DNA of 64,000 bases, taken from positions 173,416,001 through 173,480,000 of the forward strand of contig NC_058368.1 in NCBI RefSeq assembly GCF_018350175.1, read 5' to 3'. The notes below the pieces were generated by a model, which was not told the origin of the DNA, made no database searches, and worked only from the letters and a program-made list of their open reading frames with translations. Shown here piece by piece: positions 12,730 to 23,829 of the stretch. The position numbers and the translations under genes were made by a program. The stretch comes from Felis catus (lineage: Eukaryota). Position 1 is the first letter of the stretch; every line of letters begins with the position of its first letter.

Positions 12730-13110
12730 GTCAAAGACTCTTCTGGTTGCAAGTGTCAGAACCCAACTCAAACTACATTGTAAAAGGGAACGTATTGGCA
12801 GGGATAATGGAAAAGTCCAGAGGTGGGCTGGCTTCAGGCCCAGCTGGATCTAGGGGCTTGTTAAAACTGCTCTCATTCTCGGTGTTTTGGCTCTGTTCTC
12901 CTCTGTGCTAGTTTCCTTCCCAGGCTGGCTTTCACCGCTTGGCAGCCAGGGATAGCTCCCATTCCACCACCCACTCACTCCCAGCCCCAGGGGAAAGGAG
13001 TACCCCTGTCCTTAGAAAAGTTCAGCAAAGATTCTGGCCCTGATTGGCCTGGCCTGGTGCCCCTGAACCAATCAATCACTTGGTGGTGGTGGTGGTGGTG
13101 GTGGTGGTGA

Positions 13111-13141
<31 letters not shown>

Positions 13142-13200
13142 GCAGTGTTCCGGTTGGCTAATTCTTGGTCATGTGCCCTCCCCTGGATCCAACCTGGTGT
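12730..13200 (-). mobile_element. Old MaLR LTR (MLT1K/L group)
   Basis: GGTTGCAAGTGTCAGAACCCAACTCAAACT...GCTTCAGGCCCAGCTGGATCTAGGGGCT...CCCTGAACCAATCA. Confidence 0.8.
13081..13138. repeat. Compound microsatellite (TGG)9 TGA (TG)14
   Basis: Read directly. Confidence 0.97.
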
Positions 13201-13333
13201 CAGCCCTGCCCAAATCCCAGGAATTGGGGGAGGGTCTCAAGGAAAATTCAGGGTGCTGTCGCTAGGGGAAGGGGAAAATAGGTTCTTGGCCTATGGGGTA
13301 TATGGTGGTATTATACCTCCCCAAACTCAAAAC

Positions 13334-13522
13334 TTTTTTTTAAATTTGTTAATGTTAATTAGATAGATAGATAGCTTGAGTGGGAGAGGGGCAGACAGAG
13401 GATCCAAAGCGGGCTCTTCACTGACAGTAGAGAGCCTGATGAAGGGCCGGAACTCAGAAACAATGAGATCATGACCTGAGCCAAAGTTGGAAGCTTAACT
13501 GACTGAGCCACCCAGGTGCCCC
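13334..13522 (-). mobile_element. Older, diverged carnivore SINE (SINEC family)
   Basis: Ends in ...GAGATCATGACCTGAGCCAAAG...CTGAGCCACCCAGGTGCCCC; T-rich tail on the left; TSD degenerate. Confidence 0.92.
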
Positions 13523-13990
13523 TCAAGCCATTTGTTTTTCAAAAAATATAAAGAAAGTCAGACTTGGAAAGACTCGCCGAAATTCAGAGCTCTAGGTCCT
13601 GGAAACTGCCCTGCACGGACTTGCATCCTGGCTGGAGATGCCCCCCCTCCTCTCATATCTGTGCTCAGATGCAAATTAAAAAGTCCTGCCTTATATCCAG
13701 CATTTTAGTTTGTGCGGGGCCCAGGCTGTGGCCTTAGGCAGGGCCCAACCACTCCGAGAGTCAGCAAATGAACCACGTGTCCCTCTGGGGTCAGGAGGAG
13801 ACACAAGTGGAGGCTGGCCCTGAAGACACCTCCCCCTGCCCCACGCGCAGGCTGCCACAGAGCTGCTCCCAGTCCCAGCCCCACGCGTGTGCTGGCACCC
13901 GATGCGTGCGTGGGCTGCCACGTGGCTCAGGGAGAGCCAGGAAGAGACGGCCGCTGTCCCACAGCGAGGACAGGCAGATGGAGTGAGTGA

Positions 13991-14007
13991 CTCAGCACCG
14001 GGGACAG
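13991..14007 (+). promoter_or_regulatory. RE1/NRSE (REST-binding silencer) consensus site
   Basis: CTCAGCACCGGGGACAG matches NTYAGMRCCNNRGMSAG at every position with canonical spacing; binding not shown. Confidence 0.7.
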
Positions 14008-14619
14008 ATGTGGCCAGATGAGAAGAATAAACAGGAAGGCCGGAGGCCAAACCTGCCATGGCCCCCCTCCGAGCCTGGCGGAGATGTCGGGGTCCCTTTG
14101 TGGTGACAGACAGACGGGGATGGGGATGGGGGAGATGGATGGCCCCATCAGGCTCAGCGGAGTGAGGAAAGCCAGACAGATGGTCTCGTTAAAGAAACCA
14201 GCCCTCATGCGGGAACAGGGCTCCGCAACAGAGTGGGGGAACCCAAGGCCGGCTCTTTCCTGACAGGGGCTGCTCCGGGCCTGGGGCGTTCTAGCTGGGG
14301 CCTGGGCTCTGCCCTCATGGTGCCTACAGTGGCCGCCAGGTACCGGCAGCCTTTCCCCTGGGTCCGGGTCAGGTGTGTCCACTGCTGGGACCAACTAATG
14401 GCTCAGAAGCACTGTCCACAACAGGCGGGCCATGAAGCCCTTGAGCTGGTGTCCAAATCCAAGAAGCCCCCCACCCTCACCCCGCCCAGCTGCTCCTTCC
14501 TGTCAACACTGTTGAGGACCTGCCCACGCAGACACTGTACTGGGCATTCTCAGTGCATCACCGCCATGGTGCCTTTGGTGTCCCTCCAACCCGGAACCCT
14601 CTTTCCTTAGCGGTCACCT

Positions 14620-14880
14620 CCTCCCAGAGGCCCTCCCTGTCCACCCTGTGTGAAGTGGCCCCATCACTCTCTCGCTGAGGACACCATTTTAGTTTTGTCA
14701 CAGTCTCCTCGCTATCTGAGCTCATCCCATCCATTTTCTCCCTGGCTGATCCCTCTGTTGAAACAGGAGGCCCTCCAGGACGGGGACCAGGTCTGTCTTG
14801 GTCCGTTCTTGGCTGTGTCCCAGGTCCCAGAAGAGTGCCTGGCACATAATAGATGCTTATAAATGTGTGTGGACTGAATC
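14620..14880 (+). mobile_element. L2 LINE 3' end
   Basis: GCTGTGTCCCAGGTCCCAGAAGAGTGCCTGGCACATAATAGATGCTTATAAATG. Confidence 0.82.
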
Positions 14881-15287
14881 TTCACAGCTCAGAGAGAGGC
14901 CTGCCCAATCCTCCTCTCCCATCCCTGCTTCCTTTTTCTCCTTAGCACTTCCCACTGCCTCCCATTCCATGTATTTGTCTTCTTCATTCTCCATCTCCCC
15001 CACTAGAACAGAAGTGCCATGAGAGAAGCAATTTTTGTCTGCATCCCCAGTGCTTTGTTGGTTAGCAAATGGTCCTGCAGGAGCTGAGTGGGAGGAAGGA
15101 ACTGCTCCCACATTACAGAGGGTGAGGCTAGAGCAGGGCCAGAGCCAGGCTGCTTGGCCCCAAGTCTTGCTCTTCTGCTGTGCCAGGACCCCCCCATCCC
15201 GGGCACTTTCCCCCCGCCCCCCACCAACCCTGCTCCTCCTGGCTTCCAGGGGAGGCACCTACGCCCTGAGCAAACTGCACTGGGCAG

Positions 15288-15944
15288 TGTGGCAGCTGAA
15301 TAGTGGCCCCTACAGATCTCCAGGTCCTAATCCCTGAGACCTGTGACAGTGTGACCATATGTGGCAAAAGGGACCATGCAGATGTGATTAAGTTACAGAT
15401 CTTGAGACGGAGAGGCTTTCCGGGATTATCCAGGTGGACCCTAAAAGCAGTCACAAGCGTCTTAAGAAGAGGTAGGCAGAGGCAGATTAGACACAGAAGT
15501 ACACGTGACAACAGAAGCAGGAGGCTGGAGGGGTGTGAGGAAGGGGTCTCCAGCCACGGAGTGCAGGCGGCCCCCAGAAACCAGAAAAGGCAAGGACGTG
15601 GATTCTCCCCAAGAACCTCCAGAAGGAGCCAGCCCTGCCCACACTTTGACGTTAGCCCAGTAAGACTGATTTTGGTCTTCTGGCCTCCAGCACTGTGAGA
15701 TAATAAATTTGTGTTGTTTTAAAAGTCACCAAGATACAGAGTTTCAGTGTTTCAAGATGGAAAAACTTCTGGAGCTGTGTTTCACAACAATGTGAATATA
15801 CTCTTCATGACTATACACTTAAAAGTGGTTAAGATGATCAATTTTAGGGTATGCGGTTTTTTTTTTTTTTTTTTTGCCACAATGAAAAAAAAAAATCACC
15901 AAATTTATGGTAATTTGTGACAGCAGCCACAGGAAATGAACACA
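15288..15944 (+). mobile_element. MLT1C/D solo LTR (split by an L1 fragment)
   Basis: TGT...ACA termini; GTCCTAATCCCTG, GCAGATGTGATTAAGTTA, GGATTATCCAGGTGGACCCTAA, AATAAATTTGTGTTGTTTTAA; flanks GGCAG/GCCAG consistent with a 5-bp TSD. Confidence 0.92.
15733..15890 (+). mobile_element. L1MA/MB-type 3' end fragment inserted in MLT1D
   Basis: ACAGAGTTTCAG...CACAACAATGTGAATATACT...ACACTTAAAAGTGGTTAAGATG...CCACAAT-polyA; TSD AAAA(G/A)TCACCAA at 15721-15732 and 15891-15902. Confidence 0.88.
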
Positions 15945-16159
15945 GCCAGCCTGCAACTGACCAGACCCAGGGGCACCAAGGCTGCGTGTCTCAGGAAGGC
16001 CAGTCCTGGCCCCTTCCCTGGGGAGCCTCCCCAGGGAGCAATGGTAGGGAGGGAGCACCCTGGGAGCCAGCTCTGTGCACTGACTGGCTTGACAGAAAGA
16101 GACTAGAAACCGCTCTGGCACTTAACGAGCCCTTCCTGGGAGTCCTCCTCCTGTCAGTA

Positions 16160-16290
16160 CCCTTGAGAAGCGGTTTCTACAATAATCCGACTTCCCTGCA
16201 AGGCGACAGAAGCTCAGAGAGGTGAGGTGACTTGCCCAAGGTCACACAGCCAGTAGCAGAGCCGAGTGCTTAATCACCATTGCCTACATC
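16160..16290 (-). mobile_element. MIR SINE
   Basis: GCTCAGAGAGGTGAGGTGACTTGCCCAAGGTCACACAGCCAGTA. Confidence 0.8.
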
Positions 16291-16713
16291 ACTCAAGGCT
16301 GATTCAGCCCGTGTCTCAGAGCTGCTGTCACAGGCCTTCAACGCCCCAGTGCAGCTTTTCAAAGAGCCATAGTATTGCCTTCTTTCTCTCTTGTTTGTAA
16401 CCAGGCATTCTCTTCCAGTTAATCATAGACCAGAGAGTCTCATTCTGTCCTGATACGCCCACAAGCGTATGAAATTGCCTAGAAAAGTGCAAAGAACTGA
16501 GTTAGCTCATGTTCTGTGTACAGTCCTCCAAGGTCCTACAGTGTAGCCTAAGATGCTGGGCGGCAAGCCTATGCCAGCAGGCCATGCCTAGCCTGCAGAG
16601 GGGTTCTGCTCGGCCTGCACTACCTTGAGTGTTCTCTTTAACTGGTGCCCAACGTGTAACATCAGAAGAGTTCTCTCCAGAATCAGAAGTCAGGATAGCA
16701 TTTAGCTCTGCGG

Positions 16714-17090
16714 TGTAGTCAGGGCGGGCTGGGCTCTGGTGCAGTAACAAACCCCTCTAAGTCTCAGAGGTTTACCACACAGATGTTTCTTTCTTTCTCA
16801 CACCGTACGTCTGATGCAAGTGGGTCAGGGCTCTGCTCCACACGGTCACTTAAGGACCCAGACTGATGGAGGCACCACCATTGTGTAGTGGCATTTGAGA
16901 CACACGGCCTGGTCGGTTGCTGCTTCAAGGAAAGAAGAGACATGAGAAGAGCACATGGATATTGCAAAGCCCCAGCATGTTGCACACATCTGATTTCTCT
17001 TCACTTGCCATAGACTGGATGTGATCATATGGCTCATCTATATCCCGAGGCAGCTGAGAAGTAGTCTTCTGTGAACTCCAGTTCCACTAG
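16714..17090 (-). mobile_element. MLT1I/J-type LTR
   Basis: GCAGTAACAAACCCCTCTAAGTCTCAGAGGTTTA...GGCTCTGCTCCAC...GTCACTTAAGGACCCAGACTGATGGAGGC. Confidence 0.8.
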
Positions 17091-17609
17091 TTCCAATACT
17101 GGTGAACACTGGTCTATCACACCTTCCCATCTGGCTGCAATTCACTGGAGCTGAGTGAGCATGCCTCTGTCAGAGCTGCCATGGACAGGTGTTCAGGATG
17201 TGCACTGCACAGCACTTGGATGCTCCAGTCAGGTTGTATGTTCTGGGATTGGCGCCCCCTGCAGGTGTGCAGAGCACAACCTACAGGGCTGTCATTAGCA
17301 GCCCTTCCCTCCGTAGATGGACACATGTGCTCCAGTTTGCCCCAGTGCCTGACCAACCTCTTCACTGAAGTCCCTGCAGCATTCTGATTGCTCCCCTGTC
17401 CCCACAACTAGGCTCAGTCTTTCTCCTTCCTTGGGGTGAACAGGACATCTAGATTTAGCCACCCACAGCTGTGCTAATCCTCAGAGGCTGTCAGAGGCAG
17501 GAGAGTCTCAAACTACTTTTTTTTGAGTCCCCTTATGTTAAAAATGCAAGAAGTACCCCCAAAGTGTTGCAGAAACTGTGGGATAATTTCAATACTTACA
17601 TTTAGCAAT

Positions 17610-17990
17610 ACATTCATTCATTCAGCATGTGTTCATAGGGCTCCTACTATGTGTCAGGCACTGTTCTAGGCACTGTGGAGATGCCAGGGAGAAAACAAAG
17701 GGTTCTGTTTTCATAGTCACCTACATTTAAGGTGAGGCAGAGAAATAATAAATATGTGAAGGGTCAGGTGGTCCTAAGGGCTATGAAGAAAAACAGAGCA
17801 GAGCCAAGTCAGGAAGGAAGGCCTCCCTTTACTACTGGGTGGTTAGGGAACTCCCCTTTAATAAGGTGACATTGGAACAGAGATCCAAGGAGAGGGAGTG
17901 AAGCACATGGAGATCTGAGAAGAACCTTCCAGACAAAGAGAACGGCAAAGGCGGAAGTCCTAAAGTGAGAACATGCCTGCAAGGGGGCGG
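17610..17990 (-). mobile_element. L2 LINE 3' region
   Basis: CATTCATTCATTCAGCA...CTCCTACTATGTGTCAGGCACTGTTCTAGGCACTG...AAGGTGACATTGGAACAGAGA. Confidence 0.88.
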
Positions 17991-18556
17991 GCTATTGGAG
18001 CAGAGCCTGGAGCAGGAGGGAGGAGCTGAGACTTGGTGCCAGCTTGACTGGTGGGGTCACAGCAGATGGGACAGTGGGGTGCTGGAAAGACCCTGAGGAC
18101 AGAGTTAACGGGGACTGCCGAGAGAATGCTCAGGGAGTACAAGAGAGAGCGGGACTTGACTATGACAACACTTAGGCCCGGTGATGAATGTCATCCTTTT
18201 CGATCCTGACAGAGCCTCCCTTGGAGTTTACTATCATCTGGGGTCTGAATCTGAAGCTTGTTAACTGAGGCCCCAGCCAGCGGGCCTGCCCAGACCCCTT
18301 CCTTCCCTGTCAGAGAAGGTGCCAGTCCCTGTAGCACCTTCTCGACTCCCTGGGGCAACCTGCAATGTGTGGATTGTTGGCCCATTTTAAAGCCTAGGAA
18401 ACTGGGGCTTAGATGAGGGATGGGGCCCATGCGGAGTAGGCAAGGCCCCTGGGCCCTAAGGGTTAGTGTGTCCTATTTCTGGAATCCTGCTGAGGAGCCT
18501 GCCAAGGGGTGTTCTGTGGAGAGAGAAAAGAGGGAAAAACAGTCTGGTGTCCAGGG

Positions 18557-18613
18557 CATAGTGGAAGAGACAAAAGACCCATTGGGCCCATAGTGGAAGA
18601 GACAAAAGACCCA
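18557..18613. repeat. 25-bp direct repeat x2 (period 32)
   Basis: CATAGTGGAAGAGACAAAAGACCCA at 18557-18581 and 18589-18613. Confidence 0.95.
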
Positions 18614-18814
18614 AGAAGCCCTGCCTTGACCCAAATCTGAAGCCGGTCCACTGCCGAGGGTGGGGTTCAAGTGGGCTGGCCATGTCTGGGGTTCATGGTC
18701 CTTCGTTCCATCCTGCCCTCTTGAGTAGAAAAGAGAGCCAGGGAGGCTGAGCGGGGAGAGTGACCACCTTGATGGTTCTAGAACTCCTTGTGGAGAAGAG
18801 CCGGGGAGTCTCCA

Positions 18815-18815
<1 letters not shown>

Positions 18816-18851
<36 letters not shown>
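18816..18851. repeat. (AC)18 microsatellite
   Basis: Read directly. Confidence 0.97.
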
Positions 18852-18854
<3 letters not shown>

Positions 18855-21029
18855 CTGGGCCTGTGTACCAGCAGAAACAGAGGACTGAATGCCCAGTGCA
18901 GCAAGGCTGAAGGAGGAGCAGAAATCCCATGCAGGGGCCTCCTCCCACTGACCACGCCTCCCAGACCAAGACCGCGCCTGCCGCCCGCCCCCACTCTGGG
19001 GCCTAGGAAGAAATGAAAGACAGGCAGGCAGTCCCATAGCCTGGAGACCTGCATTCCCATCTGGGGTCTCCGCACCTCTCTGTGACCCCAGGCAAGTCCC
19101 TTCACCTCTCTGGGCATCACTTTAGGGTGGTACGAAAGAGGGCCTGGGCCTTGACACTTTTGACGCGAAGTGTCTGTCTCGAGTAGGAACCTTTATACTC
19201 ACATCTGCTGTTTAAACAGCCCCACGTGCCAAGTGCCACACAGCCGGACCTGTGGCAAACCGGCCAGGAGGAGATGACAGCCTCTGTATACAGTGCTGGG
19301 GCACACGATAGACACTCCTGGCTATTGTCACCTTGGTGCTGTTCCCGCTGTGCAGGTGAGGGAGCTAAGACCGGAGAGGGTGCCAGACTGAGCCGAGGGC
19401 TCCTGTGGGGCCACCATGCTGCCTGCGGTGAAAGGGCTAGTTGTGCCGCTGGTGGCCCTGGTCACTCCGGGAGCAAGTGGCATTGCCAGTGCCCCACAGG
19501 TTTCCATGTCACACGTCCCAGGGTCACCCCCTGCCCCTCCTCCCCCAGACCCCTCCCTGCCCCCAAAGGAGAATGCACTTGTGGTTCTCTTAGCCACGTT
19601 TGGGGCTGCCCAGTGGTCTTTGGTCCTGTACCTTCTGAGGAGCTGGGCTGGTCACCCTGGCATCGTGTCCACGACAAAGCATTACCACTAGCCAAGACTC
19701 CCGTCCCTGACCCCTCACTTCAACAAGGCCCCTGAGGGTTACCACAGGAATGCAGGTGAATGTCAGTGGGGCTGAGTGGGTCATGGGTTCTAAGCCCCAA
19801 AGTCCATTTGGAGGAGGCTCGTACCTCTCCTCTGGGGCCACTGCCCTGAGCGGCGTGGTGGAGGAAGTGGCTGAGACCCCCTTTATGCTATGGACCCTGG
19901 TGTCCCCTGCAGTGCTCAGGTCTGCACTGCCCCCAAAGCAGATTCTGGCCTGGTGTTAGCTCATCTTGGAGACCTTGAGAAAGAGCAGGGTGCATCATTT
20001 GAGGGTTGTCTTTCTTACCAGCTCTGAATGTCTCCTGTTCATTATGCTTGAGGGCAGTTTTGAGAAAAAGGTTTTACAGCTGCTGAGGAAAGAGTAAGTA
20101 ATGCAAGATGGGGCGGGGGGAGCAAATTCACCAAGTCCTTTCTGCAAACGTTTGCCGAGCAGACACGCTGACAGAGGCAGATAGATGACCCGCAATTACC
20201 CGCCCAGATCCCCCCCCACCAGCCTTGCCCAGGCTCCCTCCCGCCTGGTCTCCAAGCAATTTCAGACTTTTTGTACAGCTAAAGCAGAGATTGTATACGA
20301 TTTCTCTCTCAGGCAGAAGCGGCTTTCAGGTGGGGGGGAGGCAGCCCTGGCGTGTTTATTTGAGAACAAAGGCAGTTGGAGACAAAACGGGCACATGGCC
20401 CTCCCCCAGCCTCCGCTCTGGCTCTCTCCCCAAAGCCCAAGGCCCTCATTCTGGCTGCAGAGGGGAGATTTTAAGTTGTGTGCCCAGCTCAGCCTCTACA
20501 AATGTCGCGATCTGGGGACGAGGGTGTGGGCCACTCTGCTGGGTTCCCACAGTTGGTGCAGGTCCACTGGGCTGTTGGGAACAGGTGGCCTCTGTCAGTA
20601 TAGGAACCTGACTTTGGCTGTCATCAGGACAGTTCCCTAACCTGGGCCGGCCCCTCTGAAGTCTTCTCTCTTGGGAGGGAAGCAGGATTTAAGGTGTCCA
20701 GTTTCCACAAGAGGTCTCCTAATCAATACCCCTAGACACGGTGGACAACTGGATGAGGAACAGGATGCTGTGGGCAGGTAGGCGAGCAGCAAGCCGTCAC
20801 ATGTGCTCAGCTGGGCAGGGGTCTGTGTTTATAGGTGCCACCCGCATTCTCTCCCCAGCTCCCTGTTGGCTCCCGTGGGTGAAGGAATAGTCTGGGAGTG
20901 AGAAACAGCCCAAAGCTATAATACAGAGCAGTTCCCCAATTCAGCCATCAACTGTCATCGTCAGGATTTGGGTCACATCTATGTCTCTGTGTACCACCTA
21001 TACACTCGGCTACGTTTGTTGTTTTTGCA

Positions 21030-21656
21030 ACACAGGTAATATAGTCAAGTGGGTCCAAAAGCAAAACAAGACTACGAGGTGAGTGGGGAAGTCTCTCTCC
21101 CACCTCCACCTCTGTCACTCAGTTCCCCATCCCCTCCACCAACCACAAAAGGCAAGTATGTTTATTATTAGGTTTTTGTCTATCCTTCCAGACTTATCTT
21201 TGTGGAAGTATAATAAATATAAAGACATATTCTCATTTTCCCTCTTTCTGGTGCAAAACATAACATAACCTGTAGACTGTGGTGTATCTTATTTTCTTAC
21301 CTGATAAATTGCATGACGTTCTCCTTTATACAAATGAGATGATATGCAGAAGGTATCCACTGCACTAGAGCAGCAAAAGGTCAAAAGCAACTCAGGTGTC
21401 CACCAAGAGGGGACTGGCTCAGTGAGCTGTGGCCTGTCTTCACAACAAAATACTACACTGTGGGGAAAAAAGAGAGAGAGAGCCTAGTGGGGGCTGATTG
21501 GAGACGAAAATGGTTTCTGTGTTCTGATCAGGAAAGATCTCTAAACTCCAGGCTACAATAACTGAGTAGGATAGGAGTAATATAAACTCCCCAAAGTGGG
21601 AGTGTTGTGTCAAAGGATATATGCATTCATAATTTTGATAGATATTGTTAAATCGT
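21030..21656. mobile_element. Patchwork of old L1M (L1ME-like) fragments in both orientations
   Basis: AAAAGCAACTCAGGTGTCCACCAAGAGGGGACTGG (sense 3' UTR-like) and AAGTGGGAGTGTTGTGTCAAAGGATATATGCATT...AATTTTGATAGATATTG (antisense). Confidence 0.6.
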
Positions 21657-21744
21657 ATTGGGAGTCTGTCTCCCTCTGTTTTTGCCCCTCCCCCACTTGC
21701 TCTCTCTCTCTCAAAATAAATAAAAATAAACTTAAAAAAAAAAT
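21657..21744 (+). mobile_element. 5'-truncated carnivore SINE (3' half only)
   Basis: TCTGTCTCCCTCT...GCCCCTCCCCCACTTG(CT)n CAAAATAAATAAAAATAAACTTAAAAAAAAA; no tRNA head. Confidence 0.85.
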
Positions 21745-23747
21745 AAAGGATATGTGCACCGCAAAGACCCTCTGGGAGGCCGAGCTTCATGCTTACAGCC
21801 TGAACATACAGGAAAAGACACAAAGCCACCACTGCCCTTCTCTTGGCTTTAACACCCCAACCTGCCCAGCTGGGCCCTGGGTCCTGTCCCCGCTGCCCCT
21901 GGAAGCCAGAGGAGAGTGCTTCTGCAGCCAGTGCAGCCACTGCCTATCAACAAACAGATTCTCGGAGTGTGCATGGTCCCCGCTTTCTTTGTGATCCTGG
22001 TTGGTTGGGGCAGGTGCGACTGATGGGGGATCCTAGTGGTCAGGAGGGCCTGGAGAGCAAATGTCCAGCAGTTAGCTTCTACAGAGGGAGGCTGGCTGTT
22101 ACTTGTCAGGAAGCAGGTTCTGGTAGTGGGTGCCGGAAAAAAAGGATGAGAGTCCACTCCCAGAAGGATGGGACCCTGTGCTGCACTGGACGGGGCGGGC
22201 AAGAACAGATGTCTCAGAGCTTTGCGAAGGGTGCAAGGCTGTAACCCCAGCGAGGACCCAGTGGGCAGGCAGATTGTGGAAACACATGGGGCGGCCAACC
22301 CAGAGGTCTGGGAGCTCCAGGAAAGGGGAGGGAAGACTAGAACAGGGGTGAGGGAAGAGGGCCTGTGATGGGGGTGTTAGGATGTGGAAGCTGGGAGGAG
22401 CTTGAGGAGGGTGAAGTCTCAGAACTGAAGCCTGAAAGTAGGGCAGGGGTGTTTAGGGAAAGGTTCTGAGCCTGGAGGGTGAGCCTGGGGACCTGGGAGG
22501 GGTGCTAGGTATTAAGGGAAGGCAAGCTGAGGGGACTGAATGGAGGACGATGGGGGCACAGAGTAGGTCAGGGCATGGGTAGACTCTCAGGAGAAGGGTC
22601 ACAGAGCATGCACCCCCAAAGTAGGCCGCAGTCTCCTTCCTGAAGCTGGCAGAGAAGCCACACCTGCAGCAGGGTCCAGGAGGAGAGCTCTCGTGTCCTC
22701 TGCGTTTCCCCTCAATCCCAAGGGATAAGTGGAGCCCACTTTGGGAACCTAGAATTGTATTTTCCCTATGCCTGAGCTTCCCTCACACTCATGTAGCCAC
22801 AGCAGGACAAAGAACCCCCTTGGCTGCAGGCTCTCCAGCCCCTTCAGCCCATCCTCTTTCTCTTCACTGCTCTTTCCATTTGCGGTGACCCCGCCTGGAG
22901 GGGTTGTGCCTGGCCCTGCTTCCTCACAGCAAGGCCATATCTTCAGCGAGGTTGGGGGGAACCCCATCTCCTCTCACACATCCAACAGCCACATACCCCG
23001 GGCTGTGTGTGTATCCTCCATTATTCATGGCCCTCAGATCTCAGCAAAACACACAGATCTGGGCTGGAACCGGCACAGTTTTCATCTGTAACTCCCAACC
23101 CTCTCCTTCTCTCACGATGCCTTTGCATTTGATCTTCTGCAAATTTGTCTCTTTGTTCTTCAGACAGAATCATATTGCCAGGGGCTCCCGACGGCCCTTG
23201 GTGGCACAGACTACCATGGAAATTCTCTTTAAATAAAAAAATAAAAACGTCCCCAGAGCAATAAGCAAGACACCTCCAGGTGGAAATGTCACAACCTACC
23301 ATAAGACAACAGCTCAGAGCAGAGAACAAAGGAGGCCGCGACCCAGTTGTACGTGGATGAGTGCCGAGAACTTGAGGGAAGAGAGGAGAGGCCTGTCTCA
23401 TTTTCTCTCTCCCTGGATCCTTTGTTTCCTCCGTGTATTTCAAATTCTAGGCTTGAAAGTTGGTTGATGATAATACCGGCCACTGACGAGCCTGTAGACG
23501 CTGGCTACTGATTCACCGCTGGGGGTGGCATATGTTTCTAGCGACTTCCAGTTCCTGATTATTCACTTATCTATTTGCTCACCCAACAACATTGTATCAG
23601 GCCTCGGGGAACCAGTGACCGACAGTCTCGCTCAAATTTTGACCAGATGGGGCAACTATTGGCTCCCGAAACTGAAGAGTCAGGGAGTCGTGGCTGTTCC
23701 GGTTACCGCTGAAGCCAGGGGTTCAAAAGGTCTTCAAAACCCGTGCA

Positions 23748-23829
23748 TCCCTTCCACCCTACATACCAAAACGGTTACGATGGTATTTAAATTTAACAAT
23801 TTAAACAACTTTTTAAGAACAAAACAAAG
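23748..23829 (+). mobile_element. Short diverged L1 3' end fragment
   Basis: CTACATACCAAAACGGTTACGATGGTA resembles the L1MB end GTACACTTAAAAATGGTTAAGATGGTA (compare 15811-15840); A-rich tail; flanking 11-bp direct repeat AAACCCGTGCA at 23737-23747 and 23830-23840. Confidence 0.6.

Noticed and set aside
18557..18613. Repeat-spacer-repeat resembling CRISPR (also 61558-61615, 46319-46401)
   Set aside because: Only two copies each, atypical spacers, unrelated units, mammalian DNA, no cas genes
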